Shown: positions 42,075 through 57,729 of the stretch, in pieces
How the letters are laid out: the number at the start of each line of letters is the position of its first letter
How positions within the stretch are numbered: position 1 is the first letter of the stretch
Assembly (NCBI GenBank): GCA_951406725.2
Contig: OX597827.1
Coordinates: 17,298,001 to 17,362,000, forward strand
Length of the DNA: 64,000 bases
Direction: 5' to 3'
From: Octopus vulgaris
Lineage: Eukaryota
Made by a program: the position numbers and the translations under genes
The notes under the pieces: model-generated
The model's database searches: none
What the model saw: only the letters and a program-made list of their open reading frames with translations
Told to the model about the DNA's origin: nothing

Positions 42075-42510
42075 GCTTATCTAAATGCATAACTGTCTAA
42101 ATTATGCAAATAGGCACGTGCGCGGGCCTACGACTCTGTGTGAAGGTATGTGTGGATGTGGATGTCTGTGGATGTCTGTGAATGTGTGCGTTTGTGCCCA
42201 TATGCATGCTGAACCGTGTTAGCAAGTGTAGTAATCTTTCTTCGCTTTAAACTTAATGCAATCAAATCCTGCCACAACCGGTTTCATCCTGTCTATATCG
42301 CTCTCTCACGCAATTTCGCCTGTATACATTCTGTCTTCCTTTATCGTTTCTTATGCCCTTCCCTCACTTTAAACTTTACGTTAATCTCATCCTTCCTCAA
42401 CCTGTCTTATCCTATATATGTCCCTCTCTTTATTTCTTTCTTTCTTGTCTACAGTTTATATGTTTACGCTTATGATTATTTACTTTTATTTGTTATGAAT
42501 ATTTTATAAG

Positions 42511-43502
42511 CAGGGCCCTCGCTAAGCCCCTGGAGCTCCTGCAGTCGTAGGGGGCTCCCTCGGTTGAGTGGGGGCCCATGTTAAGATCAAAGTACATAGA
42601 TGAGTCATCTATTTACTTTTATTAAGGTGTTGAACAAGAATTAAACAATAATCTTTCTCTCTTTTACTCTTTTACTCTTTTACTTGTTTCAGTCATTTGA
42701 CTGTGGCCATGCTGGAGCACCGCCTTTAGTCGAGCAAATCGACCCCGGGACTTATTCTTCGTAAGCCCAGTACTTATTCTATCGGTATCTTTTGCCGAAC
42801 TGCTAGGTGACGGGGACGTAAACACACCAGCATCGGTTGTCAAGCAATGCTAGGGGATAAACACAGACACACAAACATACACACATATATACGACGGGCT
42901 TCTTTCAATTTCCGTCTACCAAATCCATTCACAAGGCTTTGGTCGGCCAGAGGCTATAGTAGAAGACACTTGCCCAAGGTGCCACGCAGTGGGACTGAAC
43001 CCGGAACCATGTGGTTGGTAAGCAAGCTACTTACCACACATCCACCCTACGCCTATACTATGTCAATTGATATGTTAAAGAAATAAAATGCTAATACATC
43101 GTACCTTGTAAAAATATTACATATTAACACGAGCGTCTACGAGACTTTGTGGATTCTCTATGATATCTATCGAACATGAACTTAGCCCTCAGCTTCATTA
43201 TTCTGAACTGGTCGATGATTTCGCGAAGCAAAAAGTGCGCCGTGTTCGTCTCTGAAAGTTCCTGGATTAAAAAAAGTGCGCTTTTATTCGTATCTAGAAG
43301 TTTTACTTATTGAAATTTGTAACAGACCTAAATAGATTTAACTTGTTGTTCTTTAGGATAACGTGAAATATTGAACTTCAAATGGAATAAAGTAAAATAT
43401 AGCTATGAATAAAAGGAACGTAGATTATGAATTTTGATTGAAGAGATGGGGCCTCGAAACAAAATGTTGCAGAGGGCCTCTAAAAGTCCCGGGACAGAGC
43501 TG
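42511..43502. mobile_element. hAT-like non-autonomous DNA transposon relic
   Basis: Degenerate TIR CAGGGCCCTC/GACAGAGCTG, GGGCC subterminal motifs, 8-bp TSD TTTATAAG/TTGATAAG. Confidence 0.6.
42659..43034 (-). mobile_element. SINE family 1 nested in the hAT-like element
   Basis: Homology to the family. Confidence 0.9.
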
Positions 43503-43771
43503 TTGATAAGGATAACTGTAGCAATACCTTATTCCCTAACTGAACCAGCCAAATAACAACATGACAAGGATGTTTAGCGATATACAACTTTATGTATGAA
43601 TGTTGTTGATGTTATACACACTGCAAAATTGATGCAACACAATATGATGCACATCATCACACCCATAACGGACATTTGTAGAATGGGTCGAAACTATCGT
43701 TCTGTACAATAAAGATTAATGCCAAAATATCTTCTGTTTCCTTAATCGACCACAGGACTTATTCTTTGTTG

Positions 43772-44070
43772 TGGGGGCACATGGCCTAGTGGTTAGAGCT
43801 GCGGACTCGCGGTCGAGGGATCGCGGGTTCGAATCTCAGACCGGGTGATGTGTATGTTTATGAGCGAAATACCTAAGCTGCATGCGGCTCCGGCAGAAGA
43901 TAATGGCGAACTTCTGCTGACTCCTTCGCCACAACTTTCTCTCATTCTTTCCTCCAGCATCTTGCAGCTCACCTGCGACGGACCGGCGTCCCATCCAGGT
44001 GGGGAACCTATACGCCAAGAAACCGGGAAACCGGCCCTTATGAGCCGGACATGGCTCGAGAAGGAACCGA
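43772..44070 (+). mobile_element. tRNA-derived SINE with V-SINE-like block
   Basis: A-box TGGCCTAGTGG, B-box GGTTCGAATC, CCTGCGACGGACCGGCGTCCCATCCAGG; lies within a family 1 fragment. Confidence 0.75.
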
Positions 44071-44238
44071 CAAAAAGCAGCAACTTATTCTTTGTAAGCT
44101 TGGTACTTATTCTACCATCTCGTTTGCCGAACCGCTAAGTTACGGGGCTGTCAACGTAGCAGCATCGGTTGCCAAGCGATGGTAGTGGTGGGAGGGGGAG
44201 TGACAAACACACACACACAAATGCGCACGCATGCATAA

Positions 44239-44638
44239 CTATTTCTTTATTACCCACAAGGGGCTAAACATAGAAGGGACAAACAAGGACAGACATAGGT
44301 ATTAAATCGATTACATCGACCCCAGTGCGTAACTGGTACTTAATTTATCGACCCCGAAAGGATGAAAGGTAAAGTCGACCTCGGCAGAATTTGAACTCAC
44401 AACGTAATCGCAGACGAAATACCTATTTCTTTATTACCCACAAGGGGCTAAACATAGAGGGAACAAACAAGGACAGACATAGGTATTAAGTCGATTACAT
44501 CGACCCCAGTTCGTAACTGGTACTTAATTTATCGATCCCGAAAGGATGAAAGGCAAAGTCGACCTCGGCGGAATTTGAACTCACAACGTAACGCAGACGA
44601 AGTACCGCTAAGCATTTCGCCCGGCGTGCTAACGTTTC
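44239..44638 (-). mobile_element. SINE family 2 tandem array (2 units)
   Basis: ~180-bp unit repeated, single head. Confidence 0.9.
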
Positions 44639-45015
44639 TAAGTCCAGTATATCTGACTTCAGTTTCCGATTGCAGTGCAAAATTTATTGTTAAACAAATT
44701 ACCTTCTTACATTATTTTGAATAAAGAAACTGCTACATCCTTTCAATTGGAAAATTACTGAATACCCTCAGCTTAAAGCTTCATAAAGAGACGTTAAAAG
44801 CTGCGTCTTGTTGCGATTGCATTGAAGGAAGGAAAGTAATGGTATTTGCATTAATCGTGTACATAGAATATGTGCAAATGGTCGGAGAGTAATGCATACA
44901 GTTCTCCTTTCAATAAATAATTTATTCTAGGAATTGGTTTTTGTAGAATTTGATGTGTAAGTAGAAAGAACAAGTAAGGGTTTATCTGTCGTATACATGT
45001 GTGTGAATGTGTGCG

Positions 45016-45073
<58 letters not shown>

Positions 45074-45215
45074 CAAGGGGAGAAAGGGACACACACGTAC
45101 ACGGACGCACATACACACACAAAGATATATACTTGTATGTGTGGTTCTACGCATATGTTCACATATGTAGACATAATCGTACTGACAATCGTATTTATAT
45201 ACACACAGAAACTTA

Positions 45216-45265
<50 letters not shown>

Positions 45266-45301
45266 TATACATACATTTCTGTGTACGTATATATATGTGC
45301 C

Positions 45302-45333
<32 letters not shown>

Positions 45334-45614
45334 CATATATACATTTGTATGCACGTTTATGTGTATAAATGCGAACATATGTGTATATGTTCACATACAA
45401 GTGTATATGTGTGTGAGTGTGTATATATCCATATATATATACATGCAAATACATATATATATACATTTATATATATACGCACACACATGTATATACAATG
45501 ACCATATGCGCATATGTTCACATACAAGTATATGTGTGCGTGTATATACTTTTACATATATACATATACATATATACATATACATATATATTTATACATA
45601 TGTATATATACATA

Positions 45615-45655
<41 letters not shown>

Positions 45656-46057
45656 GCACACAAATACACACGCACACAAATACACACGCACACAAATACA
45701 CACGTATATACAGTGACATGAAACACACCCATTCACAAAAAACACACAAATAAGATTTGGGGTCGTTATTGCTGTTGTTGTTGTTGTTGTTATTGGCATT
45801 GCTGTTACTTTTCAAAATAATATATTGTTTGAATAACAATTTGCAAATTAGTTTAAAATGACTGCAAACCTTACGGTCTAACCAATCGATATGATCGATA
45901 ATACAAGAATTGCCAGATATTGGTAGCTAATTATCAATAGACAGACATTCAGAGGAGGGACAGAGTTATGTAAAAATACATACACACACACATATATATA
46001 TATATGTGCGTGTGCATATATATATGTACATATATATATATATATACATATATATAC

Positions 46058-46194
<137 letters not shown>

Positions 46195-46197
46195 TAT

Positions 46198-46386
<189 letters not shown>

Positions 46387-46407
46387 TATATATATACTTT
46401 ATTTATA

Positions 46408-46622
46408 AGCAGCAGAAATATATTAAAACCTGTTACTCAGAGTTTCACGTTCCCGTTCGTCGGACAGTTTTGTTAAAACATAACTGAAATAACGATATGA
46501 TCAAAACTAGTTAAAGGATACACCTTTAAAAATGGATTTGTTTCATTTAATCCTTTCAAATAACGGTCTTAAGCATGTGATAAACAAAATAAACAAAATA
46601 AATGAATCCAATATAAATTCAT
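46408..46622. mobile_element. HHR-bearing element family C (HHR 46430-46467, minus strand)
   Basis: Copy of 38995-39207. Confidence 0.75.
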
Positions 46623-47106
46623 CCTATTATAAAAAATCGAGGAAAAACCTTAAATCGAAGAGTGGATTCAAAATACATATTGTCAATAATTATATATGAA
46701 ATATAATTCGATTGATACAATTAATACATTAATAATTAAATATTTCACCACAATATATACGCATACTAAACCATCAATATACATATATACATCAAAATAC
46801 TCAGATAGATATACACACACCACATACATATGCAGATATATATATATACACACAAATACAGATATACATATGTATACATACGTACGCAATCTTGTCCGCA
46901 TGCGAAAATCACTTGGTGTATACATATAGACTAGAAGTAAAACGCGACACCAGAGTAATAATAGCAATAAATAAATTCAAACGTATATTACCCGGCCGAA
47001 GAATTTAAATATTTAACTTTATTAATATAAGGGTCAAAATTATTAAATAATTATTTACCAGTAGCTAGCATGCTTAATGAGAGTCAGAAGACAAATATTT
47101 GTAAAA

Positions 47107-47530
47107 GGCGCAGGAGTGACTGTGTGGTAAGTAGCTTGCTTATCAACTACATGGTTCCGGTTTCAGTCCCACTGCGTGACACCTTGGGCAAGTGTCTTCT
47201 ACTATAGCCTCGGGCCGACCAAAGCCCTGTGAGTGGATTTGGCAGACGGAAACTGTATGCATGTATGTATGTGTTTATGTGTCTGTGCTTATGTGTCTGT
47301 GTTATATATATATATACGCACACACATCCTTGACAGCCGATGCTGGTGTGTTTACGTCCCCGTCACTTAGCGGTTCGGCAATAGTGACCGATAGAATAAG
47401 CACAAGGCTTACAAAGAATAAGTCCTGGGATCGAAGTGCTCGACTAAAGGCGGTGCTCCAGCATGGCCGCGGTCAAATGACTGAAACAAATAAGAGATAA
47501 AAGATAAAAAAGATAAAAGATAAAAAAAGA
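47107..47530 (+). mobile_element. SINE family 1, full length
   Basis: Homology to the family; (TAAAAGA)n-like tail. Confidence 0.9.
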
Positions 47531-47829
47531 TAATAGTGTAAACCACTCTGCGCATGTCTTTACTTTATGTTTGTGGTACGTATTTAGGTTTATGTTTATG
47601 AATTAACAACGGCCTTGCTGACGAGCTACGGATGGTACATTAATCAATTAATTATCTTATTAGTTGATTTATTTGGTCATTAATAGCAACACTCAAGAGA
47701 ATAAGGTTTACTATATTTTTTATTCACACAAATGCCTTACTCGCGTACAGAACAACGTACTTTATTGTAAGAATATTCTTTCGTGGTTTTCAACTTTGAC
47801 TGTCATATTTAGCATATAAGAAATCCACT

Positions 47830-48331
47830 TATCGACCCCAGTGCGTAACTGGTTCTTAATTTATCGACTCCGTAAGGATGAAAGGCAAAGTCGACTACGG
47901 CGGAATTTGAACTCAGAACGTAGCGACAGACGAAATACCTATTTCATTATAACCCACAAGGGGCTAAACACAGAGAGGACAAACAAGGATAGACAAATGG
48001 ATTAAGTCGATTACATCGACCCCAGTGCGTAACTGGTACTTATTTAATCGACTCCGAAAGGATGAAAGGCAAAGTCGACTTCGGCGGAATTTGAACTCAG
48101 AACGTAGCGGCAGACGAAATACCTATTTCTTTACTACCCACAAGGGGCTAAACACAGAGAGGACAAACAAGGACAGACAAACGGATTAAGTCGATTATAT
48201 CGACCCCAGTGCGTAACTGGTACTTACGAAAGGCAAAGTCGACTTCAGCGGAATTTGAACTCAGAACGTAGCGGCAGAGGAAATGCTGCTAAGCATTTTG
48301 CCCGCCGTGCTAACGTTTCTACCAGCTCGCC
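47830..48331 (-). mobile_element. SINE family 2 tandem array (~2.6 units)
   Basis: Repeated unit, single head; adjacent family 1 fragment at 48332-48486. Confidence 0.9.
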
Positions 48332-49254
48332 TTCTTTCAGTTTCCGTCTACGAATCCTCCTGTAGAGCTTTTATCGGCCCGAGGCAATAGTAGAAAACAT
48401 TTTCCCAAGGGACCCCACTGTAGCTCTGAACACAGAACTATGTGGTTGAACAGCACGCTCCTTACCATAGAGTCATGCTTGCGCCTATATAAAAACAGTT
48501 TAACATAACTTGATTGTTTATTTAATACTTATTAGAAGGGTGCACGTTTATTAAGTTTTACATTGTAAGAGGTGATAAAAACTCCGAAGTTTCGGTTTAT
48601 CCACCATTAATGAATCTTTTAACGGAAAGCAAACCGAAAATTCAAAATCACTATTGTAAAAATGTATATTGTAAAAATGTATAATGTGTATTTATAAAAG
48701 GAAAACACCGAATGTAACAAGTTTTACTGTATTACATAAAACTATTTTAAAAAATGAATAATTTTTTTAGAAATATATTTTGATGCTGCCACACACTTCC
48801 TCCGACTAAATTGAAAATCTAAAATTTGATTTGTTTAAAAGTAAACATTTCCTTGAAATTAAAGCTAAACACACTTTATTTTACTGCGTGAAATATAGCT
48901 ATTTAATGCAATAGAACGATTTTTACAAAATTACTTTTTTATTCCATTCCATAGTAAAAACCCATTTTTTCCCTCATTGAATAATCTCAGTGTTTAGCAT
49001 GAACGGGGAAAAAAATCGTCAAATATTAACCAAAAGGGAAGAAAATTTTGTAATAGTTTAAACTCATTAATATTCGTTTTTCAAATATCCTTTCCGTCAC
49101 AAAGTTTGTAATTAAAGACTACATCAAAGAAAAGTCATCGATATTTTAATGTTTTAAAATGTAATTAAAGCTTGTGTTTAGAACGTTGTAGCAAACAGCA
49201 TGAGATGATATTATTATCAGTAGCAGTTATATGAATAGTAATAGTAGTGGTAGT

Positions 49255-49998
<744 letters not shown>

Positions 49999-50710
49999 TC
50001 TATGCTTATCCTGTGTATACATAGAATTTATGAAAAATCGAGAAATGTACGCATGTTTTTAGCAATTCGCTATATACCCTTGGTTAGAAAGTGAAAAAAT
50101 ACTTGCAAGTCATCTTAATACAATAATGACACACCACATACACGTTCACAATATGTGTGTACACACACACACACACACATACATACACATCTATATATAT
50201 ATATACATATATATAAATGTATATATACACACACAAATACATATGCCCGTACCCACGCATATACATATACAGGGATAAATAGGTATATATATATATATAA
50301 GGGATAAATAGGTATATATATATATATATATATATGTGTGGGTGTGTAGATACATGTGTGTGTCTACTAATCTACTTAAACTAATTCACACATACACACG
50401 CACGCACGTACATATATATACAAATATATATGGCTAAGCCTACGCACAATATATACATACATATAGAGAGAAAAACAGATCTATATATACACATATATGT
50501 GTGTGTGTCTACTAGTCTACATAAAGTAGTCCACACGTACACAGGCTCGCACACACGTTTCCTTTAGTTATTGCCATTTCATGAAAGATTTTTGTTTCTA
50601 AGTAAAGAAAAAAATCATAGTTTTATTGTGTAACAGTTATAAATAAGTTGACACTTTTGAAGCCTATAATTTTAATTTTTTTAAAGTAAAACAAGCAAGA
50701 TGTTAGAATG

Positions 50711-50813
<103 letters not shown>

Positions 50814-50818
50814 AATTA

Positions 50819-50861
<43 letters not shown>

Positions 50862-51325
50862 GTATATATTTATATATGTATATATATATATTCATATATG
50901 TATATATATGTATATATGTATATATATATATATTTTTGTGAGTGTGTGTGCGTGTATATATGTGTGTATAGTACGTGTATATCCGGATATATGTTTATTA
51001 TGCGTGTGTGTGTGTGTGTATATCAATGTGCATGTGATTGTAGAAGTGTGTTTGGTGTGTATGTGTATGTAATATGCATGTGCATGTCGATGTTGAAGCT
51101 TTTATTTTTACAGAGACTTTTCAAAAAAAAAAAATTGTGTACAGAAAATTTCGTAGCTAAAATTTTATTCCAAAACGTAAAAATATTGTACTTAGCTTTA
51201 ATTTCTTTGTAAATGCAAATTTATTTTGTTTAGAACAAATGTTGTTATTCTAAACTTATTGCAAGCAGTTAGAAATGCTATAAAGTAATCATAAATCTTA
51301 AAAGTCACATATTCACATAAAAGGC

Positions 51326-51367
<42 letters not shown>

Positions 51368-51571
51368 GTGGGTGGGATGGGTGAGGATTTGTTCTCTAAA
51401 ACAATTATTAACAACTTAAATAAAGAACTCAATACCAAGAACATGATTCAATATAATACACGTAATATGTCTTTAAAATAGTTTCTTCAGCGAAACCGTT
51501 CTACGTACACACATACATACATACATACATACATACATACATACACACACATACATATATACATACATACA

Positions 51572-51604
<33 letters not shown>

Positions 51605-52075
51605 GCATACATATATATATACATACATACATACATACATACATATATGCATACATACACACACATACATACATATATATATATACATACATACATATAT
51701 GCATACATGCATTCATACATGCATGCATACATACATACATACATGCATGCATATATGCATACATACATGCATGCATGCATACATACATACATACATACAT
51801 ACATACATACATACATACATACATACATAAAAATCGGCGGTTACTTTATCCAAGTTACAAGTTCAGGTTTATACCTGTAATTAAATACCAATCTTGAGAA
51901 ATTAAGCTTCTCAAAACTAGAAAGGAGAAAGCAAATTCGAAGTCTACAGATCCAATCAATCACTCGAACTGTAAAGATCTGTAAAACATTCCACAAGTTT
52001 ATCATTTAAATATTCATGAGCATGTCTAGATATGCAACTATATGCATGAGAATACATACATAAAACATACAAACG

Positions 52076-52495
52076 TGTGTGGTTGTGTGGTAAGTAGCTT
52101 GCTTAGCAACCAAATGGTTCCGGGTACAGTCCCACTGCGTGGCATCTTGTGCACGTGTCTTCTACTATAGCCTCGGCCCGACCAAAGCCTTGTGAGTGGA
52201 TTTGGTAGACTGAAACTCAACGAAGCCCGTCAAATACATATATATTGTGTCCGTGTGTATGTGTGTATGCTTGTGTGTGTTTGTGTGTTTGCGTGTCTAC
52301 GTTTGTCCCCCCAACATCGCTTGACAACCGATGCTGGTGTGTTTACGTTGCGTAACATAGCAGTTCGGTAAAAGTGACCGATAGAATAAATACTAGGGTT
52401 TACAAAGTATAAGTTCTGGTGTTGATTTAGATGACTAAAGGCGGTGCTCCAGCATGGCCGCAGTCAAATGACTGCAACAAATAAAAAGAATAAAA
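52076..52495 (+). mobile_element. SINE family 1
   Basis: Homology to the family. Confidence 0.88.
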
Positions 52496-52645
52496 ATTCC
52501 ATATATACATGCATACATATGTACATACATACAAACAAAAATACCCTGTTGTTGATGTTGAAATTCCAATGAAAGGGCCTTGGATCTAGGTTAGAAGCCG
52601 GTTCTTTCTCTATAGGCAAGACATTTTTAAATAAGCTGAATAATG

Positions 52646-53161
52646 ACATACATACATACATACATACATACATACATACATACATACATACATACATACA
52701 TACACACATACATACATAATACATACATACACATACACACATACATACATACAAACATACATACATACATACATACACACATACATACATAATACATACA
52801 TACACAAATACATACATACATACATACACACACATACATACACACATACATACATACAAACACACATACATACATACACACATACATACATACACACATA
52901 CATACATACATATATACAAACATACATACATATATACACACATACATACATACATACAAACATACATACAAACATACATACATACATACATACACACATA
53001 CATACATATATATACAAACATACATACATTCACACATACATACATACATACATACATACACACATACATACAAACATACATACATACATACATAAAGACA
53101 CACATACATACATACATACATACATACATACATACATACATACATACATACATACATACAT
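52646..53161. repeat. (TACA)n microsatellite; another at 51505-51827
   Basis: Direct reading. Confidence 0.95.
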
Positions 53162-53302
53162 AATACTGGGTATTAGAATTTTTCACTCTTAACTGATGAA
53201 GTATTACGATCCGATCCTTCTGTGTCTCTCCTACGTGTACGTTCTGCAGTATTTAATGCATTTTTTTAATTTATTGAGTAACTGAGTACAACGCATCCAG
53301 AC

Positions 53303-53693
53303 GTAGCTTGCTTATGAACCACATGGTTCCGGGTTCAGTCCCACTGCGTGGCACATTGGGCAAGTGTCTTCTAATATAGCCTCAGGCCGACCAAAGCCTT
53401 GTGAGTGGATTTGGTAGACGGAAACTGAAAGAAGCCCGTCGTATATATGTATATATATATATGTGTGTGTGCGTGTATGTTTGTGCGTCTGTGTTTGTCC
53501 CCCTAGCATTGCTTGACAACCGATGCTGGTGTGCTTATGTCCCCGTAACTTAGCGGTTCGGTAAAAGAGAACGATAGAATAAGTACTGGGCTTACAAAGA
53601 ATAAGTCCCCCGGAGTCGAGTTGCTCGATTAAAGGCGGTGCTCCAGCATGGCCGCAGTCAAATGACTGAAACAAGTAGAAGAGAGTAAAAGAG
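53303..53693 (+). mobile_element. SINE family 1
   Basis: Homology to the family. Confidence 0.9.
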
Positions 53694-53907
53694 ATATATG
53701 CTGAAGATGGCAACGCCAATTGTAAATTAAAATCATTTTATTTTATTTACAAAAGATTGCCGAAACAATGCATAGTCCAGGAAAGATATGTAAACGTTTT
53801 TATTTCTCTTTCCCTTTCAAAATTACAACTATTAATGGTTTGGAGTTTAACTGCTCTTTCTAGTGAGTCATATGTCCTATTATGGTCATCTCTTATGTGT
53901 TTAAATG

Positions 53908-53972
<65 letters not shown>

Positions 53973-53976
<4 letters not shown>

Positions 53977-54476
53977 GCAGAATGCTAAATTGAAGGTATA
54001 TTTTAATGAAAATGGATGTATGGAAAGTAAAAAAAATATTTTTTTAAAATATATATAAATTAATTCAAACCGATTTTCGTTGCAATGCAACTTTTCAAGA
54101 ATTGTAAGGTGAAAAGAATTTTTTTTTGTAATTGAGGTAGGGGAAAAAAGAAAATTACATTTTTTTTTGCAAAAAAATAATAAACACATGCAAAAATTAA
54201 AAAATAGGTACACTAATACTTGCAAAAAACAATGTAATTTTCTTTTTTCCCCTCTCAATTATAAAAAAAATTCCTTTTCACGTTACAATTCTTGAAAAGT
54301 CGCATTGTGACGAAAACCGTTATGAATTGATATATATATATATTTTTTAATTTTAAAACATTTTCCATACACCCATTTTCATTAAAATTTACCTTCAATT
54401 TAGCATTCTGCTTTTTTACAATTTTTCTTTGCCTATCATTTCTCCACGTGCGGTCAACACAACCCCACCATTTATT
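53973..54476. mobile_element. TA-flanked element with ~150-bp inverted arms, each holding a U3:A8 HHR motif
   Basis: Arms 53973-54127 and 54264-54416; HHRs at 54062-54103(-) and 54286-54329(+). Confidence 0.7.
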
Positions 54477-54477
54477 G

Positions 54478-54516
<39 letters not shown>

Positions 54517-54984
54517 GCAAAACGTCATTAATTTTTTAACGAATAAAAATCAGATCCGGTCGCAGAAAAAAATTAATAGATACATCTTTCCCTAAAACAT
54601 ACCATTGCAAGCGGAAGTGACTGTTTAAAAATCAGAGAAACCGTAATCGCCCCTTTTTCTACTATTTTAATTCTCACGCTTGTTTTTTTCCCATATGACT
54701 TGTCGACCACCACTGAAATTAATGAACCTTGTACATTCTAACAAATTAATATACAGTTTTAATTTCAAACTTACACCTTCTGTTTTGAACATGATAATTT
54801 ATCAACATTGAAACATTTTGATTTGTCAACATTGAAACTTATAATGATGTTTTTCTAATTGTACACTTTTACCATTGATAAACAAAAAATATTTTTGAAA
54901 CTAGTTTGGTATGTATGTAAATAAATGTATTTTAACCATTTACGAGCTTTTGTAATTTAAATGCATTTTCAACAACACATTTTC

Positions 54985-55040
<56 letters not shown>

Positions 55041-55044
<4 letters not shown>

Positions 55045-55591
55045 AAATCAAATTGCGATAAAATAAAAATAATTATAATCGCTGGTATTACTAACACAAG
55101 CCATATATTTTTCATATATCAGTACATTAAGGCGAAATATGTGCTAGGAATACAGAAGCTTGATAAATTAAGTGAAATGAAGATAAAAACATTTACTAAA
55201 CCGGTAATTCTCAGACTGCAGTTTCTTTCTTTTCAGCAATAAAGATAATTTATTTGCTCAGGGAGAATTCTTCAGTGAGACCCTGTTTTTCTGGGATCCT
55301 AACTCACTAGAAGCATGTGCTTCTAATGATTTACTCTCCCTAACTAATCATATCACTGCGCAGACTCCGAACGTCCCGACAAAACTAGGGAATTCTGGTA
55401 TATCGCCTGGCGCTCATAATTTATCGAGAAATATGTAAACAAATCAAATTGCGATAAAATAAAAATAATTATAATCGCTGGTATTACTAACACAAGCCAT
55501 ATATTTTTCATATATCAGTACATTAAGGCGAAATATGTGCTAGGAATACAGAAGCTTGATAAATTAAGTGAAATGAAGATAAAAACATTTA
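55041..55591 (-). mobile_element. partially tandem HHR element (396-bp unit plus 155-bp repeat) in (TA)n
   Basis: 55041-55195 appears identical to 55437-55591; HHR lies between them. Confidence 0.85.
55209..55280 (-). ncRNA. type I hammerhead ribozyme, canonical core
   Basis: TCTCA-CTGAAGA-..stem II..-GAAAC-TGCA-GTC-TGAGA. Confidence 0.85.
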
Positions 55592-55689
55592 TATATATAT
55601 ATATGTATATATATATAACAAATTAATAAATAAAGCATATGCATATATACATACATATATGTACATACATAGATCTATATGTATATATA

Positions 55690-55927
55690 CATGCCTATAT
55701 GGGTACAGGACGCCAAAAAACGTAGAACACATAATTCCCCTTCTTCAGTTACCCCTGCTTCGACTACTCCGTGTTTCGAAGGTAAAACGGGGAATATTCC
55801 TTGTGTTGTATGTCTTGTACTCTGTTTTTCGTTGTTTGAAAACTTTCGTTTCCATGTTTTCGTTTTTATGTTTTCGTTTCTCATTGTGTTCTACGTTTTT
55901 TTGTGTCCTGTACCCATATATGCATGC
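55690..55927. repeat. short element with ~40-bp inverted ends
   Basis: TATATGGGTACAGGAC..AAAAAACGTAGAACAC versus GTGTTCTACGTTTTTT..GTCCTGTACCCATATA. Confidence 0.8.
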
Positions 55928-56395
55928 ATATATACATATAGATGTAGGTATGTACATATATGTATGTATATATATATATGTATGCATGAATATATATATA
56001 TAGGCATTCTGACAAAGGGGTTAGCTGACTAAAACTTCAAAGTCACTATCAACAACGTTCTTGTTTAAGAATAATAATTTTGTGCTCTACAAATGTATAG
56101 AGTAATCCACCAGATTAATGTAAAATTGTTATTATTATAACTAAGCATAAATAAAAACAAATATCACGCGCACACGCGCGCACACAAATTCAAACACTCC
56201 TAAATTCAAGCACACACGCGCACACGTACATATGTATACACACATGTTATCTTAACTACTTTTGACAGCCGACAGACGCTCAAGTTATTCTTAGCGTTTG
56301 TCAAACAACAATAGACGCCATCACTTCCTACGGCATATATCTCTTATACTTGAACTACTTGCAGCATTTATTTTAACAGTTATTTAATTTTTGTA

Positions 56396-57054
56396 TCTAT
56401 TTCTTTACTACCTCGGTGGAATTTGAACTCAGGGCGTAGCGGCAGACGAAATACCTATTTCTTTACTACCCACAAAGGGCTAAACATAGAGAGGACAAAC
56501 AAGGACGGATAAACGGACTTAGTCGATTATATCGACCCCGGTGTGTAACTGGTACTTACGTAATCGACCCCGAAAGGATGGAAGGCAAAGTCGACATCGG
56601 CAGAATTTGAACTCTGGGAGTAGCGGCAGACGAAATACCTATTTTTCACTACCCACAAGGGGCTAAACACAGAGAGGACAAACAAGGACAGACAAACGGA
56701 TTAAGTCGATTATATCGACCCCAGTTGCGTAACGGGTACTTAATTTATCGACCCCGAAATGATGAAAGGCAAAGTCGACCTCGGCGGAATTCGAACTCAG
56801 AACGTAGCGGCAGACGAAATACCTATTTTTTACTACCCTCAAGGGGCTAAACACAGAGAGGACAAACAAGAACAGACAACCGGATTAAGTCGATTGTTTC
56901 GACCCCAGTGCGTAACTGGTACTTAATTTATCGACCCCGAAAGGATGAAAGGCAAAATCGACCTCGGTGGAATTTGAACTCAGAACGTAACGGCAGACGA
57001 AATACCGCTAAGCATTTTGCCCGGCGTGCTAACGATTCTGCCAGTTCGTCGCCT
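56396..57054 (-). mobile_element. SINE family 2 tandem array (more than 3 units)
   Basis: ~180-bp period, single head at ~57005-57054. Confidence 0.92.
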
Positions 57055-57729
57055 TACTTCTTTTTTTTTTGTATCATCTCAAAACTGTTAATCACTACGT
57101 GATAAAATAGCCAACCGAGTGAAATCAATGTCCACCACGTACCGCATGATTATGTCCCGCAAAAGTAACCGTATGTCTGTCTTGTCACACTTTCAACACA
57201 TGAATATTTCTAAACTTTACTACACTTACATCCATTTACATCCCAATCCACTCACCCTCTCGCAACCACTTGCACCCCCTCACTGCTCTTAGTCCCTCGA
57301 TGCCCTTATCTTCACCTTTCCTCCCTTAAAATCCATCTCTCCGGTCCGTAATGTTTTCCTTTCCATCCTTTCCCCCCCAACCGTCTCTTCTGTCTTTTCT
57401 TTTTCTTTTGATCAAGGACACGCTGTCCAAAACGTCAAAACTCTTCATTTTTCCTTTTTCGTTTTTTTGGGGCTTTTTTTTCATGAAACCTTTGTGAAAA
57501 TTCTTTCTTTTTGTGGAGTTATATTTTTGTTTTGCTCCTTTATCATATATAAATATAAGTCTTTGTGGCGTCAATTAAGCATTGATAGATGTGTAATCTC
57601 TGCTCAATGTTTTTGTCGTGAAGCTTGTAAAAATACCTGTCATTGGTTCCTCATCCAATGAGAAAATCTGATTGGGAATTGAAGAGGTTTATTCTAACAA
57701 TTCGAATGAAAGATTAAAGTAAAATTCTG

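Noticed and set aside
43772-43845. tRNA gene
   Set aside because: A and B boxes are present but the acceptor stem does not close and the sequence runs into a SINE body; the same applies to 25370 and 12369
56396-57054. CRISPR-like regular repeats
   Set aside because: Whole ~180-bp units are repeated with no unique spacers; eukaryotic SINE array, no cas genes
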